From Tortispora ganteri (lineage: Eukaryota): a stretch of 64,000 bases of DNA. Positions 51,566 to 63,281 of the stretch are shown in pieces (position 1 is the stretch's first letter; each line of letters opens with the position of its first letter). The stretch spans positions 186,001 to 250,000 of the forward strand of contig PPNB01000006.1 of the NCBI GenBank assembly GCA_003707115.1, given 5' to 3'. The position numbers and the translations under genes are program-made. Below the pieces are notes generated by a model. The model did not search any database and was not told where the DNA came from. It was given only the letters and a program-made list of their open reading frames with translations.

Positions 51566-51715
51566 AATGTGGTGTGGTGGTAGTGCGTGGTGTGTGAGGC
51601 TGGGATGATGGTATTGGTGTATGATGGATATAGTAATGTTGCGGGAGAGGCTTGTAGACTAACCTCGTATTGAGCGAGACATATTATATATGATCAAGTT
51701 CAACTCCTATCGGGT

Positions 51716-52870
51716 TCAATATCGCTTTTGGATGAACGAGTTCACCATATCGCGGATCATCTGCTTTAGACCATACTGCTTGTGTGAGCTCTCTTTAATA
51801 AGTCGCGATCCTTCATAGATGGGAATAGCGCGCGGTTTAGAAGGTCTGTACGACGCGATGCGTGCTTCGACAAGCTCGAGTAAATTAGAATTAACATCGT
51901 AAAAGCACCGTTCTAGCTCGGTCTCTAGAGACAAATAACCTCTTCTGGACGTAGAGGGCGCCTGCAAGTTATAGCTTCTTATAGAACTGTTCAACGACCG
52001 CAACAGTTCCTCATGGTACTCGCTATTTGTTGAGACCCAGTTTTTATCTCTAAATTTAAGCTGTTGGTGGGTATTTTCGGCCTCTTGGTATGTCTTAGCG
52101 CGGTCTAGCTGTTTGTCTCTGGATATAGGCAATTGTAATATGGACCGGGCAGCATGCCGGCCCCAGTCGCGGCGCAGGCCCTTCCGGAAGTTTTCGATGT
52201 CGCAATTCAAAATATTTTGCTTTTCTATCCATGGTGGTACAATGTTCTGCTTCTGGATCATCCTGTTGAGGAAGTACTCTGTAGTATGTAGGTAAGGCGA
52301 CTTTATCTGCCAATCCTTGTCGAGGTGGTAGCCCTTAGGGAGGTTTTTGAATGCGCCTTTAGCGCGGGCTTCCTCTATTTTACGGTCAGCCATAGCGCGG
52401 ATCCCATCAAACGCTGGAGTTATTACCGGTCGCGCTACAGGCTCGGGTTGATGTGTAGAGTCGGATTGATGCGAAGCGGTTGCCTTGTTGATACGATAGT
52501 CGAGTGTTTTCTCTCGTGCATCGTAAAGGCGCTCAGAGATGGGTTTCTGTGGCTTAAAATTGTGTTTCGGTAGTTCAAGTGTTGATGAAAGGTTGTATTT
52601 GTTTGGATTTTCTGGCCTGAATCTTTGCGTAGACCGTTGCGGGTGCGCCTCCACGAGCGCTCGAAGGACAGCATCATGCGTAGACTCTTTTCCAGACCAA
52701 GGCACAGCAGTAGCAATATCTATTGCTTGTTTAGGTGCAATTGCAAGAGTTTTAGCTGATATTTGCTGTGGGCGATGGTCTACATGCTTGATAACCGACA
52801 GATCAATATTATCTGTATGACTAAAATCCGATCGCCTCCTTACACCACCGAACAAGCACAGTTTCCGCAT
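51716..52870 (-). CDS. DUF1992 (DNAJC28-like domain) protein, probably mitochondrial
   Basis: ADRKIEEARAKGAFKNLP.G, EYFLNRMIQKQ.IVPPWIE.Q, LN..IR.YNL.AP. An alternative in-frame ATG lies at 52972. Confidence 0.8.
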   Translation of the reverse strand: MRKLCLFGGVRRRSDFSHTDNIDLSVIKHVDHRPQQISAKTLAIAPKQAIDIATAVPWSGKESTHDAVLRALVEAHPQRSTQRFRPENPNKYNLSSTLELPKHNFKPQKPISERLYDAREKTLDYRINKATASHQSDSTHQPEPVARPVITPAFDGIRAMADRKIEEARAKGAFKNLPKGYHLDKDWQIKSPYLHTTEYFLNRMIQKQNIVPPWIEKQNILNCDIENFRKGLRRDWGRHAARSILQLPISRDKQLDRAKTYQEAENTHQQLKFRDKNWVSTNSEYHEELLRSLNSSIRSYNLQAPSTSRRGYLSLETELERCFYDVNSNLLELVEARIASYRPSKPRAIPIYEGSRLIKESSHKQYGLKQMIRDMVNSFIQKRY

Positions 52871-53066
52871 ATCAATTAATGGTAAATAATTATACCCATA
52901 ATAAACAGAATATATATATTTACGAAAAGTACAAATATGTACTGATTGATTGATAAAATTCACTGCTTGCATATGCCTTTAAGTAGATAATAGATTAAAC
53001 TCCCCCTACTAATAGGGTGTGTGTCTCCCAAAAGGCGAAAAACCAAGCCTTCGTCATTTACCGGGT

Positions 53067-56000
53067 ATGGCAATAACAAAACGCACAAAGAAAAGTACGC
53101 AAATTAATGCGTCTTCAAAAGGCGTTAAAAAAGCAGCCTTTGATGCAACTAAGAAGAAAGAAGTAGGTGTTTCTGACTTAACATTACTATCAAAAATCAG
53201 CGAAGAAGCTATCAACGATAATCTCTATAAACGGTTTCAAAATGGCTCCATATACACCTATATCGGACATGTTCTTATATCAGTAAATCCATTTCGCGAT
53301 CTCGGAATATATGGTCAGAATACTATAGATGCTTATCGCGGTAAGAACCGTCTAGAAGTGCCTCCACATGTCTTCGCAATCGCAGAATCAGCCTACTACA
53401 ATATGAAGGCATACAATGAGAACCAATGCGTCATCATCTCCGGTGAATCCGGCGCAGGAAAGACTGAAGCCGCCAAGCAGATTATGCAGTACATTTCTTC
53501 TGTATCCGGTGGCTCATCTTCTTCTCAGATCCAACGCACAAAAGACATGGTTCTAGCGACCAATCCATTGCTCGAGGCTTTTGGCTGCGCAAAGACTTTA
53601 AGAAACAACAACTCTTCCCGCTTTGGAAAGTACCTTGAAATGCTCTTTGACCCACAGGGCCAGCCCGTTGGCGCCCATATCACTAATTACCTTCTTGAAA
53701 AAGGCAGAGTCGTAGAACAGACAAAGAACGAACGCAACTTCCACATCTTCTATCAGTTCTCGAAAGGTGCGCCTCAGAAGTATCGCGAAATGTTTGGTGT
53801 TCAGCAGCCAGAAGCATACGTTTATCTATCCAAGAGCGGTTGTACTACTGTGGATGGTATGGACGATATTCGCGAGTTCCAGGAAACCATCAATGCCATG
53901 AAAACTATTGGTCTTTCCGAACAGGAACAGGAAAATATCTTCCGCATGCTCGCTGCCATCTTGTGGATAGGAAATGTGTCTTTTCGCGAAAATGCTGAAG
54001 GAAATGCCGAAATTGCTGACCCATCTGTCACTACATTTGTCGCCTACTTGCTCAACGTCGACGAAGCAATGCTCCGCAAAGCCTTTTCCATTAGAATCGT
54101 CGAAACTAGACATGGTGCAAGAAGAGGTTCGGTCTACGAATCGCCTTTGAATATTGTTCAAGCCACTGCTGTGAGAGATGCTCTAGCCAAGGCAATATAT
54201 TTCAACCTCTTTGACTGGATCGTCGAACGCGTAAATCAATCTCTCGCTATTAAAGGATCCAGGGATAAAAGTATAGGTATTCTTGACATTTACGGATTTG
54301 AAATTTTCGAGCAGAATTCATTCGAACAGTTATGTATTAACTATGTCAATGAAAAACTACAGCAAATCTTTATTGAACTGACTCTCAAGGCTGAGCAAGA
54401 AGAGTACGTCAGGGAGCAAATCAAATGGACCCCTATTAAATATTTCAACAACAAGATCGTTTGTGATTTAATTGAATCTAAACGTCCTGCTGGTATTTTC
54501 GCTGCTCTTAATGATGCTTGCGCCACAGCACATGCTGATTCCGATGCTGCTGATCAAGCTTTTGTTCAGAGGATGAGTATGCTGGCCAGCAATCCGCATT
54601 TTGAGCCTCGTCAAGCTCAATACTTGGTCAAACACTATGCAGGTGAGGTCATGTACCAGATTCGCGGAATGACTGATAAGAATAAAGATGTCCTTCTTCG
54701 TGATTTGGTTGAGCTTGTTCAAAGCTCAACTAACCCTTTCTTAGTTGGCTTGTTTCCTGACACTGGAAGCTCAGATTCTAAGCGTCGTCCTCCCACTGCT
54801 AGCGATAAGATCAAATCTTCGGCGAACGAACTGGTAGCAGCTTTAGAACGTGCCCAACCTTCCTATATTCGCACGATCAAGCCTAACCAGAGCAAGTCTC
54901 CTAGCGAATACGATCAGAAGCAGGTTTTGCATCAGATAAAGTACCTTGGTCTGCAGGAAAATGTCAGAATCCGCAGAGCTGGTTTTGCTTACAGACAGAC
55001 TTTTGAGAAATTTGTCGAAAGATTTTACCTACTTTCTGGTCGTACATCATATGCCGGTGATTATATTTGGCAAGGAGACCATATCAGCGCTACTAAACAG
55101 ATTCTTACCGATGCAAACATACCTATAGGCGAGTACCAGATGGGTGTTTCCAAGGTATTTATAAAAACACCTGAAACGCTGTTTGCGCTCGAACATATGC
55201 GTGATCGTTATTGGCATGGTATGGCCGCTAGAATCCAGCGCGCATGGAGAGCTTATCTACGCAGGAAAGCCGAAGCTGCTATGGTTATTCAGCGCGCTTG
55301 GAGGCGCAAACAAGGACCTGATAGACATTATCTGGAGTTGCGGGAACAAGGTCATAGCATTTTGGCCGGGCGAAAAGAGAGACGCCGATTCAGTTTGTTG
55401 GCTCAACGCAGATTTTTGGGTGATTATCTTGCATTAGAATCTCATGAAGGCTCTGGTGCGTATTTGAGAAACGCTGTAGGAATACCCGGTGGAGAAAAGA
55501 TTTACTTTTCTTGCACCGGAGAGATGCTCCTTGCGAAATTTGGCAGATCTTCCATGCGTTTACCTCGTACCTTTATTTTGACTAACCGAGGATTCTATAT
55601 TGTGTCGCGCGAAGTTATCAATCGACAGTTGCAGGTTGTACGTGAAAGAGTCATACCGGTAAGTTCTATTAAAAGTATGAATCTTTCCAACTTACGAGAT
55701 GATTGGTTTTCTCTTGTAGTTGTTCCGCCACAACAGCCTGATCCGTTCGCTTGGTGCCAGCTGAAAACCGAACTCGCTACTCAACTTCGTCAACTCAACC
55801 CTGGTATTGAAATCAATATTGGACCTACTGTTTCCTACTGTAAAAAGACTGGAAAGCCACATGCCGTGAAGTTCATAAGAGACATCACGATTCCTTCATT
55901 CGACATGTACAAATCTGGTGTTGTACATGTGCCCCCTGGAGAGCCAGCGGACTCTGTGTCTGACGAGCCGCGTTCGAAATCGAAAGTTTCGTCTTTGACG

Positions 56001-56663
56001 CCAAGTGCTCGGCCTGCGCAAGCCATCCACACGGCTGTACGCCCTACGAAACCCAAATCTGACGGTACAGCAGCAGCTGCTGCAGCTGCTGCTATGAGTT
56101 CCAACGGCAATGCTGCTTCTGCAGCTGTACCTAAAACAAGCAATGGTGTGAGTGTACCTGTGCGGAAATCTGTAGCTCCGCCTCCACCGCCACCTGTGGC
56201 TCCTCCTTCCAAAAGCAAGCCTTCAGAGCCATCTGTGAAGGCGTTATATGGTTTTGACGCCAGGAGCGATAACGAGATTAGTATTGCGAAAGACGAGATT
56301 TTGTTGCTGCTGCAAAAGTCGGACAACGGATGGTGGCTCTGCAAGAAGTTAGACGGTTCAGCTATAGGATGGGCGCCTACGACGTACTTGGAAGAAGTGA
56401 CTGCCGGTAAAGCGGCGCCTCCACCACCGCCGCCTCCCACAAACCCCAAGCCTAACCGTAAGCCTGCGGCAGCTGCAACTTCAGTTGCAAGTTCTAGTGG
56501 TATTGGTACAGGCAGTGTGGATGTTGCGGGAGGTTTAGCGAATGCGATCAAGCAAAAAGAGACCGAGACCCGTTCATTTGCTGGCGGACTTGCCGATGCG
56601 CTAAAGAAGCGACAGGTACGGTTACAGGATAGTGATGATGAACCAGACAATGATGACTGGTAG
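53067..56663 (+). CDS. MYO5: Class I myosin (Myo3/Myo5 type)
   Basis: [11 protein letters not shown]-loop [21 protein letters not shown]-site Ser (RRGSVY), IQ motifs, TH1, an SH3 domain (ALYGF...GWW...GWAP.TYL) and acidic DDW end. Confidence 0.96.
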   Translation: MAITKRTKKSTQINASSKGVKKAAFDATKKKEVGVSDLTLLSKISEEAINDNLYKRFQNGSIYTYIGHVLISVNPFRDLGIYGQNTIDAYRGKNRLEVPPHVFAIAESAYYNMKAYNENQCVIISGESGAGKTEAAKQIMQYISSVSGGSSSSQIQRTKDMVLATNPLLEAFGCAKTLRNNNSSRFGKYLEMLFDPQGQPVGAHITNYLLEKGRVVEQTKNERNFHIFYQFSKGAPQKYREMFGVQQPEAYVYLSKSGCTTVDGMDDIREFQETINAMKTIGLSEQEQENIFRMLAAILWIGNVSFRENAEGNAEIADPSVTTFVAYLLNVDEAMLRKAFSIRIVETRHGARRGSVYESPLNIVQATAVRDALAKAIYFNLFDWIVERVNQSLAIKGSRDKSIGILDIYGFEIFEQNSFEQLCINYVNEKLQQIFIELTLKAEQEEYVREQIKWTPIKYFNNKIVCDLIESKRPAGIFAALNDACATAHADSDAADQAFVQRMSMLASNPHFEPRQAQYLVKHYAGEVMYQIRGMTDKNKDVLLRDLVELVQSSTNPFLVGLFPDTGSSDSKRRPPTASDKIKSSANELVAALERAQPSYIRTIKPNQSKSPSEYDQKQVLHQIKYLGLQENVRIRRAGFAYRQTFEKFVERFYLLSGRTSYAGDYIWQGDHISATKQILTDANIPIGEYQMGVSKVFIKTPETLFALEHMRDRYWHGMAARIQRAWRAYLRRKAEAAMVIQRAWRRKQGPDRHYLELREQGHSILAGRKERRRFSLLAQRRFLGDYLALESHEGSGAYLRNAVGIPGGEKIYFSCTGEMLLAKFGRSSMRLPRTFILTNRGFYIVSREVINRQLQVVRERVIPVSSIKSMNLSNLRDDWFSLVVVPPQQPDPFAWCQLKTELATQLRQLNPGIEINIGPTVSYCKKTGKPHAVKFIRDITIPSFDMYKSGVVHVPPGEPADSVSDEPRSKSKVSSLTPSARPAQAIHTAVRPTKPKSDGTAAAAAAAAMSSNGNAASAAVPKTSNGVSVPVRKSVAPPPPPPVAPPSKSKPSEPSVKALYGFDARSDNEISIAKDEILLLLQKSDNGWWLCKKLDGSAIGWAPTTYLEEVTAGKAAPPPPPPPTNPKPNRKPAAAATSVASSSGIGTGSVDVAGGLANAIKQKETETRSFAGGLADALKKRQVRLQDSDDEPDNDDW

Positions 56664-56827
56664 AGAATCGATTGAGGAAGCGCTAAATTGAGATGTTTGA
56701 GACGATCTATACCAAATTTAGTGTCTATGTTATTATTAGAAAGTGACTGTAGTACAGTACAAGCTGGGGGTGACATATATAAGGTTTTTTTTTTGGTGTA
56801 GACAGGAACAACCTTTGCCTGTAACAA

Positions 56828-57333
56828 ATGCTCGCCTCTAGAAGGCTGGGGAAGGAATTAAAGAATTTAAAAGAGAATCCTCTAGCTGGTAAGTATAATA
56901 ATAATGTACAAAATGTACTTCTACTAACGGATAAGGTATTGATGTGGTTGAAAGTGAAGGTTTTGAAGCGTGGAGTATTGATATACAAGTACTAGACACC
57001 GACCATCCGATATATGGTCACGGTCAGAAATACCGATTACGATTCCGATTCTCATCAGAGTATCCGATAAAAGCACCCATTGTTGTGTTTGAAAGAACAT
57101 CGGAACGTGAAGTACCTATACATCCACATATATACTCTAATGGACACATATGCCTAGATCTTCTAGGATCTGGTTGGTCGCCCGTGCAGAGCGTCTCCAC
57201 AATTGCCATATCGCTGCAGAGCATGCTTGCCGGAAACACACGGCGCCAGCGGCCGCCAGACGACAGTGACTATAGCTCAAAAGCACCGAGCAACCCGCAG
57301 AAGACACAGTTCTACTATCATGAGGATGTCTAA
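56828..57333 (+). CDS. UBE2W-like ubiquitin-conjugating enzyme. Two exons: 56828-56888 and 56936-57333.
   Basis: Spliced MLASRRLGKELKNLKENPLAG/IDVV...YP..AP.V.F...PIHPHIYSNGHICLDLL...WSP...SLQSML...RPPD...KT.FYYHED. The 47-nt intron reads GTAAGT..TACTAAC..AAG. Confidence 0.88.
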
Positions 57334-57421
57334 TGATATGCAACTATGCACTGCTTGAATCATGTTTGTACGCCGTATGTACGAGTACGACCCATTTATA
57401 CGTATCTAATATCATTGCGTT

Positions 57422-58387
57422 CTATCGTAAATCATACCTTCTCAACAGCAAACACTTCTCCTTCAGGATTCTGACGGACTTGAGGAAAAGGATATCAGGT
57501 GTCATTGCACCCGTAGACTCGATCGAGAATATGGAATGGTCGTGTTTTCTGCCGAGTTTCACTTTCCCCTCAAACTCGGGATGTCGAAGCACTTCCCGCG
57601 ATACAGTGTCACGACGAGCATCTTCTATGTATGCCTTTCCGGTATCATCGATGCCTACAACGCCCTTGGGGAAGCAATTCTGGAACTTCTTCGCTAGATC
57701 GCCCGTAATCGGATCTCCGATGATCTCAATGGTAGGCAGGAGCCTGTACGATGCGGTGGCAACTGGCGAGAACTTCGCATGATCCGCGCCAGTTCCCAGC
57801 ATGCAATGCATTGTGACGTCTATTTCCTGGCCAGGGCGCAGTTTCGCGATGAGAATGTCCGGGTATGCTGCAGAAACACCTTCAGGGAACCACTCAGATT
57901 GGCTACCTTGCGGCTCAAACTCGAGCTGTTTAGCATACACAGAAGAATTTATGTATAAATCTTTAGGCTCAACGGCATCTTTGGGCGCCGATGGGTTACG
58001 TTCGCACTTTACAGAGAGATTTAGAACAAGTGTATCGTTCTCTGAAGGTTCCGCGTCTTCTTGTCTGTTATACCACATTAACCGGTCCGGATCGGCACGT
58101 AATGGAATCAGGCCCAATCTTTGTGATAGTACCTCATCTTGCAGTACGGATGTGTTTTTCTGTACGTACACGTACTCTATAGCGATAGTAGGCACCTCGG
58201 CGATGAGAATGCGACGAAAAGCATTCACCAACGGTATGTCGAGACCTATGAGATCGAAGACCGTAGATTCCTCATTCAGATACGAAATCTCAACCTTGAA
58301 CTTTTCTTTAAACCGTTCAAACGTCCATTCACCGTCTTCATGCGGAAGATTTACCTTGTCCTTCAAAATTTCGACGTCCTTATTCAT
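57422..58387 (-). CDS. RPC40: RNA polymerase I/III shared subunit AC40
   Basis: NAFRRILIAEVPT.AIE.VYV..NTSV.QDEVL.QRLGLIPL, DILIAKLRPGQEI, DHAKFSPVATASYRLLP, R.DTVSREVLRH. Confidence 0.97.
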   Translation of the reverse strand: MNKDVEILKDKVNLPHEDGEWTFERFKEKFKVEISYLNEESTVFDLIGLDIPLVNAFRRILIAEVPTIAIEYVYVQKNTSVLQDEVLSQRLGLIPLRADPDRLMWYNRQEDAEPSENDTLVLNLSVKCERNPSAPKDAVEPKDLYINSSVYAKQLEFEPQGSQSEWFPEGVSAAYPDILIAKLRPGQEIDVTMHCMLGTGADHAKFSPVATASYRLLPTIEIIGDPITGDLAKKFQNCFPKGVVGIDDTGKAYIEDARRDTVSREVLRHPEFEGKVKLGRKHDHSIFSIESTGAMTPDILFLKSVRILKEKCLLLRRYDLR

Positions 58388-58496
58388 TTACAGGTGCAGT
58401 TTTAAGAAGAAGTTTTTTTGAGTTTCCTTTAATGGTAAGTGGTTGGGATGGTCCAGGTTCTGTGATTGGTCAACTCACTTTTGCGCACCACGCCTG

Positions 58497-58517
58497 CACA
58501 CACACACACACACACAC
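58497..58517 (+). repeat. (CA)10 microsatellite in the RPC40/KIC1 divergent intergenic region
   Basis: cacacacacacacacacacac read directly. Confidence 0.9.
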
Positions 58518-58563
58518 GTTCCAGAATATCGGTCTGTTTTCGCTTGTATTTCTTAACAACACT

Positions 58564-60594
58564 ATGTCCTCAAGATACAAACGCGAAAAGTTGATTGGTC
58601 GTGGGAACTTTGGCGTGGTCTATAAGGGCACAGATCTTGCGACCAATAAAGTCATCGCTATTAAAATACTCAATCTTGACGCTGCCGAAGAGGACGTGCT
58701 GGACGTTCAGCGCGAGATCGCGCTCCTCGCCGAGTTCAGAAACGCTGACTTCTCAGGAATAACAAAATACCATGCATCATTTCTTAAAGGTACTAAAATT
58801 TGGATTGTTATGGACTATTGTGCTGGCGGTTCTGTGCGATCGCTCATGCAAGCGGGAACCATAGACGAACACTACACTGCAGTTATAATGCGCGAAACTC
58901 TAGCTGCTCTTCATTTCGTCCACAAAGCCGGTGTCATACATCGCGATATAAAGGCCGCGAATATCCTTATCAGTAATGAAGGTCAGGTACAGCTCTGCGA
59001 TTTTGGCGTAGCAGCCCAACTCACCTCTTCGAAATTCAAACGGTCAACCTTTGTCGGCACTCCCTACTGGATGGCCCCAGAGGTAATAACTGAAGGCGCC
59101 TCATATAATTCCAAAGCCGACATCTGGTCCCTAGGTATTACTGTCTATGAAATAGCTACCGGAAATCCTCCTTTCGCCGAAGTCGAAGCCATGCGCGCCA
59201 TCTTCCTGATCCCTCGCTCGCCTCCTGCTAGGCTCGAGGGAAGCAAATACTCCCCAGATATGAAAGAGTTCATAGCACTTTGTTTAGACGAAGAACCAGA
59301 CTCACGGCCGTCAGCTGAGGGCCTCATGAAGTCCAAGTTTATTAGAAACTCTAAGACAACACCTACTTCTATATTAACTGATCTAATCGTCAAATACCGC
59401 TCATGGATGGCTACTCATCCGGACGAACACAATAAACTCACCGGAAACACAGCCCCTCTACCACCTTCTGCTGCCTCCGCCACTGTCGTCTCCGATTCAG
59501 ACAGTGATAACACCGCCGAAGGTGACGTTTCATGGGATTTCGATACCGTCAAATCCCCCTTTCTCACCCAGGGATCAAGCCCCCTTTCTGCTTCTGAACC
59601 GTCCACTGCTAATGGTGAACCAGATACCACAACCTCTTTCAATACCTTGAATAGCTGCAACAATAATGACCATCATCCGTTAATGGATTTGTTTAGCCCC
59701 ACTGAGCCAGAAGGGTCTAAGTCGCCTTATTTTTCGTCAACACAACAACCCTCTCATCCTCCTTCAGCCAGCCGCCCGAGACTTGATACAAACCCTATTG
59801 AAATTGAAATCCCTCAACTTGACTCTATATCTCTTTCCACACCCGTGGTTAAACCCTCTAATGACATTCCATTTTTCTCGCCGATAAAGACTGCCTCCGC
59901 TTCTGAATTACCGACAGTCAATTCGTTACACATCGACACGAATAAATTATCTTCCCCCGAAACAAATCATGTGCTTCCTGCGCCATCTAGTGCTGCTCCA
60001 TCTTATCGCATGTCAAACACTGATTCATTACCACAAAAGCCGGCTGATACCATCAAAACGACGCCATCGAGTCCTGGAAGGCGGCCATCTAACGTTCATT
60101 CTACCCTCACCACAGAGCCTCTACAAAAAGGTCCACACCTACTAGAGAAGCCTGTGCCATCTTCTATTACGCGTGCTGCAAAACCTTCAAATATTAGCAT
60201 CCCGCAATCCTCGGTTCCAGTGTTGCGACAAGACAACGGAGAGCTTATTCTGCCGAAACCGCTGCAATCAGCGAAAAAGATGTCGCCCATGCAGAACACC
60301 TTCCGGCTGGACAGTGCACCTACTTCTGGGTCTTCTATACCTCAGTTTACCCAGGAGACACAAAAACAACACTCTAAAGCACGTTCGCTGGCCCAATTTG
60401 CGTCTGCGAAGTCCGATAGCATCAAAATGCTCAGCATTCCAAAAATGGATGTCAATGTGCTTCTGAGCGCGACGCCAAAGGATGCGCTCGTAGGTGAGCT
60501 CGATTCTCTATTGAGCACGTTAAACAGCACACTTGCAGTTCTAGAGACTGGCCTGGGCGCTATTTCCCGACATCAAGAATCAGAATCGCATTAG
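58564..60594 (+). CDS. KIC1: STE20/GCK-family kinase Kic1/Nak1
   Basis: IGRGNFGVVY, AIKILNLD..EEDV.DVQREI.LL, HRDIKAANIL, LCDFGVAA, KRSTFVGTPYWMAPEVI.EG..Y..KADIWSLG and WDF. Likely ATG is 58564. Confidence 0.88.
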   Translation: MSSRYKREKLIGRGNFGVVYKGTDLATNKVIAIKILNLDAAEEDVLDVQREIALLAEFRNADFSGITKYHASFLKGTKIWIVMDYCAGGSVRSLMQAGTIDEHYTAVIMRETLAALHFVHKAGVIHRDIKAANILISNEGQVQLCDFGVAAQLTSSKFKRSTFVGTPYWMAPEVITEGASYNSKADIWSLGITVYEIATGNPPFAEVEAMRAIFLIPRSPPARLEGSKYSPDMKEFIALCLDEEPDSRPSAEGLMKSKFIRNSKTTPTSILTDLIVKYRSWMATHPDEHNKLTGNTAPLPPSAASATVVSDSDSDNTAEGDVSWDFDTVKSPFLTQGSSPLSASEPSTANGEPDTTTSFNTLNSCNNNDHHPLMDLFSPTEPEGSKSPYFSSTQQPSHPPSASRPRLDTNPIEIEIPQLDSISLSTPVVKPSNDIPFFSPIKTASASELPTVNSLHIDTNKLSSPETNHVLPAPSSAAPSYRMSNTDSLPQKPADTIKTTPSSPGRRPSNVHSTLTTEPLQKGPHLLEKPVPSSITRAAKPSNISIPQSSVPVLRQDNGELILPKPLQSAKKMSPMQNTFRLDSAPTSGSSIPQFTQETQKQHSKARSLAQFASAKSDSIKMLSIPKMDVNVLLSATPKDALVGELDSLLSTLNSTLAVLETGLGAISRHQESESH

Positions 60595-60797
60595 TTTAAA
60601 GATCTACTGACTAAGAAAAAAAAAGGATTGATCATTGTTTTTTGCGTAAAAGTTAAATTGGCAGTTGTAACTGTACGTTTGACCAATCACAGGTTAGTAT
60701 TAAAGTTTTAGTTCACCTCGAAGATATGTTCAAAAATTATCAATTTGTCTTTTATTCCACACTTTGGATATAAGAAGACTATACAAACGCCTTTATA

Positions 60798-63158
60798 ATG
60801 CGAGGACTTAGCTCGCTGTCATCACGGACGCTCAGGCGGATGTTTGCTACTCAGAGCGAGCTTTTTAGTCTACCTGAAAACATGCGTTCGCGGGCGCCCG
60901 ACTACGAATTTCTTGTTCAGCAGCTTGAACATGTCAGAAAAATCCTAGATCGTCCTTTGTCGTATGCTGAGAAAGTTTTATATTCGCATCTAGTTGATGT
61001 TGAAGATGCGCTCCAAGGTAAAGGCCGTACTATTAGAGGAGAGACGTACTTGAAGCTGAATCCAGATCGCGTAGCTATGCAAGACGCTAGTGCGCAAATG
61101 GCGCTGTTGCAATTTATGACCTGCGGTATGAAATCTACTGCTGTTCCTGCTTCGATTCACTGTGATCATTTGATTGTAGGTCATGATGGCGCTGAAGGAG
61201 ATCTTAAATCTGCCATCGCTACGAACAAGGAAGTCTTCGATTTCCTTGAAAGCTGCGGTAAGCGCTATGGTATACAGTTCTGGGGCCCGGGTTCAGGCAT
61301 TATTCACCAGATCGTATTAGAAAATTACTCTGTTCCAGGCCTCATGATGCTGGGTACCGATTCTCATACGCCAAATGCCGGCGGTTTAGGCGCTATTGCT
61401 ATTGGTGTGGGTGGTGCAGATGCTGTCGATGCGCTAACAAGGACCCCATGGGAACTCAAGGCTCCTAAAATCCTTGGTGTTCACCTCAAAGGAGCACTTC
61501 AAGGTTGGACATCTGCTAAAGACGTAATCACTTACCTTGCTGGTCTTTTAACTGTTCGTGGAGGTACTGGCTACATCATAGAGTATTTCGGTGAAGGCTT
61601 GCAGAGTCTACCTGCAACCGGAATGGCTACTATGTGTAACATGGGTGCTGAAGTTGGTGCTACTACCTCTACTTTCCCTTATACAGCTAAGATGGGTGAA
61701 TATCTTACTGCTACTGGCCGTGGCCCTATTGCCGAGCTGGCAGAACGTGTGAATAAGACCACTGGATTTCTTCAGGCGGACAAAGGTGTAGAATATGACA
61801 ATGTTGTGGAGATTGATCTGTCTAGTCTTGAGCCCCACATTAATGGTCCCTTTACCCCTGATTTGTCTACTCCTTTGTCAGCATTTGGCGATACTGTTAA
61901 ACAAAATAACTGGCCTGAGAAACTCGCTGCTGGTCTGATTGGATCTTGTACAAACTCTTCTTACCACGATATGGCACGCGCTGCATCTCTTGTAAAACAA
62001 GCACAACAGAAAGGTCTTAAGCCTAAAGTTCCTTTCTTTGTCACACCCGGCAGCGACCAGATTCGCAGTACGATTACCCGTGATGGTCTAATTCCGCTTT
62101 TTGAGTCGGAAGGTGCTACCGTGTTGGCTAATGCTTGTGGACCTTGTATAGGTCAGTGGCAGCGCGACGATGTTAGCAAAGATGAGCCTAATTCGATTTT
62201 GACATCTTACAATCGAAACTTCCGTGCCAGAAATGACGGCAACCCAAATACATTGAACTTCTTGACATCCCCTGATATTGTTACAGCAATGAGTTATGCC
62301 GGTGACTTGACATTTAACCCGATTACTGACAGTATAAAACTGGCTGATGGATCTGAGTTCAAATTTGATCCTCCAACTGGTGCTGAGCTGCCCGAGCAAG
62401 GGTTTCAAGCTGGTCTGCCTGAATTTCTGCCTGCAGCCGATCCACAACCTGATGAATCAGTGGATATTGCTGTTTCTCCTGAATCTGACAGATTAGCTCT
62501 GCTTGAACCCTTTGATGCCTGGAATGGTAAGGAACTATCAACCACTGTTCTTCTGAAAGTTAAAGGTAAATGCACTACCGACCATATTTCTGCTGCTGGT
62601 GTGTGGTTGAAGTACAAGGGTCATTTAGAGAATATTAGCAACAACACTCTAATTGGTGCGCAAAATGCTGAGACCGATGAAGTCAATGTTGTGTACGACT
62701 TTGATAAGACTCCATTCGGGATCCCCGAGCTCATGATTAAATGGAACAATGAGAACCGACCGTGGTGCGTTGTAGCTGAACACAATTACGGTGAAGGTAG
62801 TGCACGAGAGCATGCTGCCTTATCGCCGAGATTCTTAGGTGGAAGGATGATCTTGTGCAAATCGTTTGCAAGAATTCATGAGACCAACTTGAAGAAGCAG
62901 GGCATTTTACCCTTGACATTTGACAATGAGAATGACTATGACATTGTCAAGTCATGTTCTAAGCTGGAGACGGAAAATCTCGTCGATATGATAAACAAAG
63001 GTGGCGACAATGGTGGTTTCATCACCTTGAAGCTGACGTTGCCTAACGGCGAAGTTCATCATATCAAGGCTAGACACACAATGTCGGTTGATCAAGTGGA
63101 GTTTTTCAAGGCCGGTAGTGCCATCAACTACATTGGACAAAAAGCTGCAAGTGCATAA
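60798..63158 (+). CDS. ACO2: Mitochondrial aconitase-family protein, Aco2 (homocitrate dehydratase) type
   Basis: PDRVAMQDASAQMALLQF, IHCDHLI, GTDSHTPN, IGSCTNSSY, NACGPCIGQW, KCTTDHISAAG.WLKYKGHLENIS and the Aco2-type GEGSAREHAAL. Confidence 0.9.
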   Translation: MRGLSSLSSRTLRRMFATQSELFSLPENMRSRAPDYEFLVQQLEHVRKILDRPLSYAEKVLYSHLVDVEDALQGKGRTIRGETYLKLNPDRVAMQDASAQMALLQFMTCGMKSTAVPASIHCDHLIVGHDGAEGDLKSAIATNKEVFDFLESCGKRYGIQFWGPGSGIIHQIVLENYSVPGLMMLGTDSHTPNAGGLGAIAIGVGGADAVDALTRTPWELKAPKILGVHLKGALQGWTSAKDVITYLAGLLTVRGGTGYIIEYFGEGLQSLPATGMATMCNMGAEVGATTSTFPYTAKMGEYLTATGRGPIAELAERVNKTTGFLQADKGVEYDNVVEIDLSSLEPHINGPFTPDLSTPLSAFGDTVKQNNWPEKLAAGLIGSCTNSSYHDMARAASLVKQAQQKGLKPKVPFFVTPGSDQIRSTITRDGLIPLFESEGATVLANACGPCIGQWQRDDVSKDEPNSILTSYNRNFRARNDGNPNTLNFLTSPDIVTAMSYAGDLTFNPITDSIKLADGSEFKFDPPTGAELPEQGFQAGLPEFLPAADPQPDESVDIAVSPESDRLALLEPFDAWNGKELSTTVLLKVKGKCTTDHISAAGVWLKYKGHLENISNNTLIGAQNAETDEVNVVYDFDKTPFGIPELMIKWNNENRPWCVVAEHNYGEGSAREHAALSPRFLGGRMILCKSFARIHETNLKKQGILPLTFDNENDYDIVKSCSKLETENLVDMINKGGDNGGFITLKLTLPNGEVHHIKARHTMSVDQVEFFKAGSAINYIGQKAASA

Positions 63159-63281
63159 AGTTAAAGCATTTTATGATCGTTTTATATTGTTAATTGAACG
63201 TTCATGCTAATCGCAACAAGAACCCATTATATGTAATTATAGTAGTTTGGTGTTGTAGGCGTATCATGTAGTCTACTTCTT

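Noticed and set aside
51568..51600. TG-rich, telomere-like stretch (similar at 46100-46150)
   Set aside because: Short and irregular. These correspond to CA-rich 5' leaders of DLT1 and HRD3, not telomeric arrays.
48258..56663. Proximity of two endocytic genes (epsin, myosin-I), and of RPB10/NAN1/NOC2/RPC40
   Set aside because: Large functional classes separated by unrelated genes, with no shared motif seen; consistent with chance.
55835..56827. 330-aa antisense ORF with poly-Gly/Ala runs
   Set aside because: It is the mirror of the Pro/Ala-rich myosin-I tail on the other strand and has no independent domain.
58432..58563. N-terminal extension or ATG-GTAAGT intron for KIC1
   Set aside because: The extension translates a CA microsatellite (HTHTHT) and starts 44 bp from the RPC40 ATG. 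I found no in-frame acceptor, so ATG 58564 is preferred.
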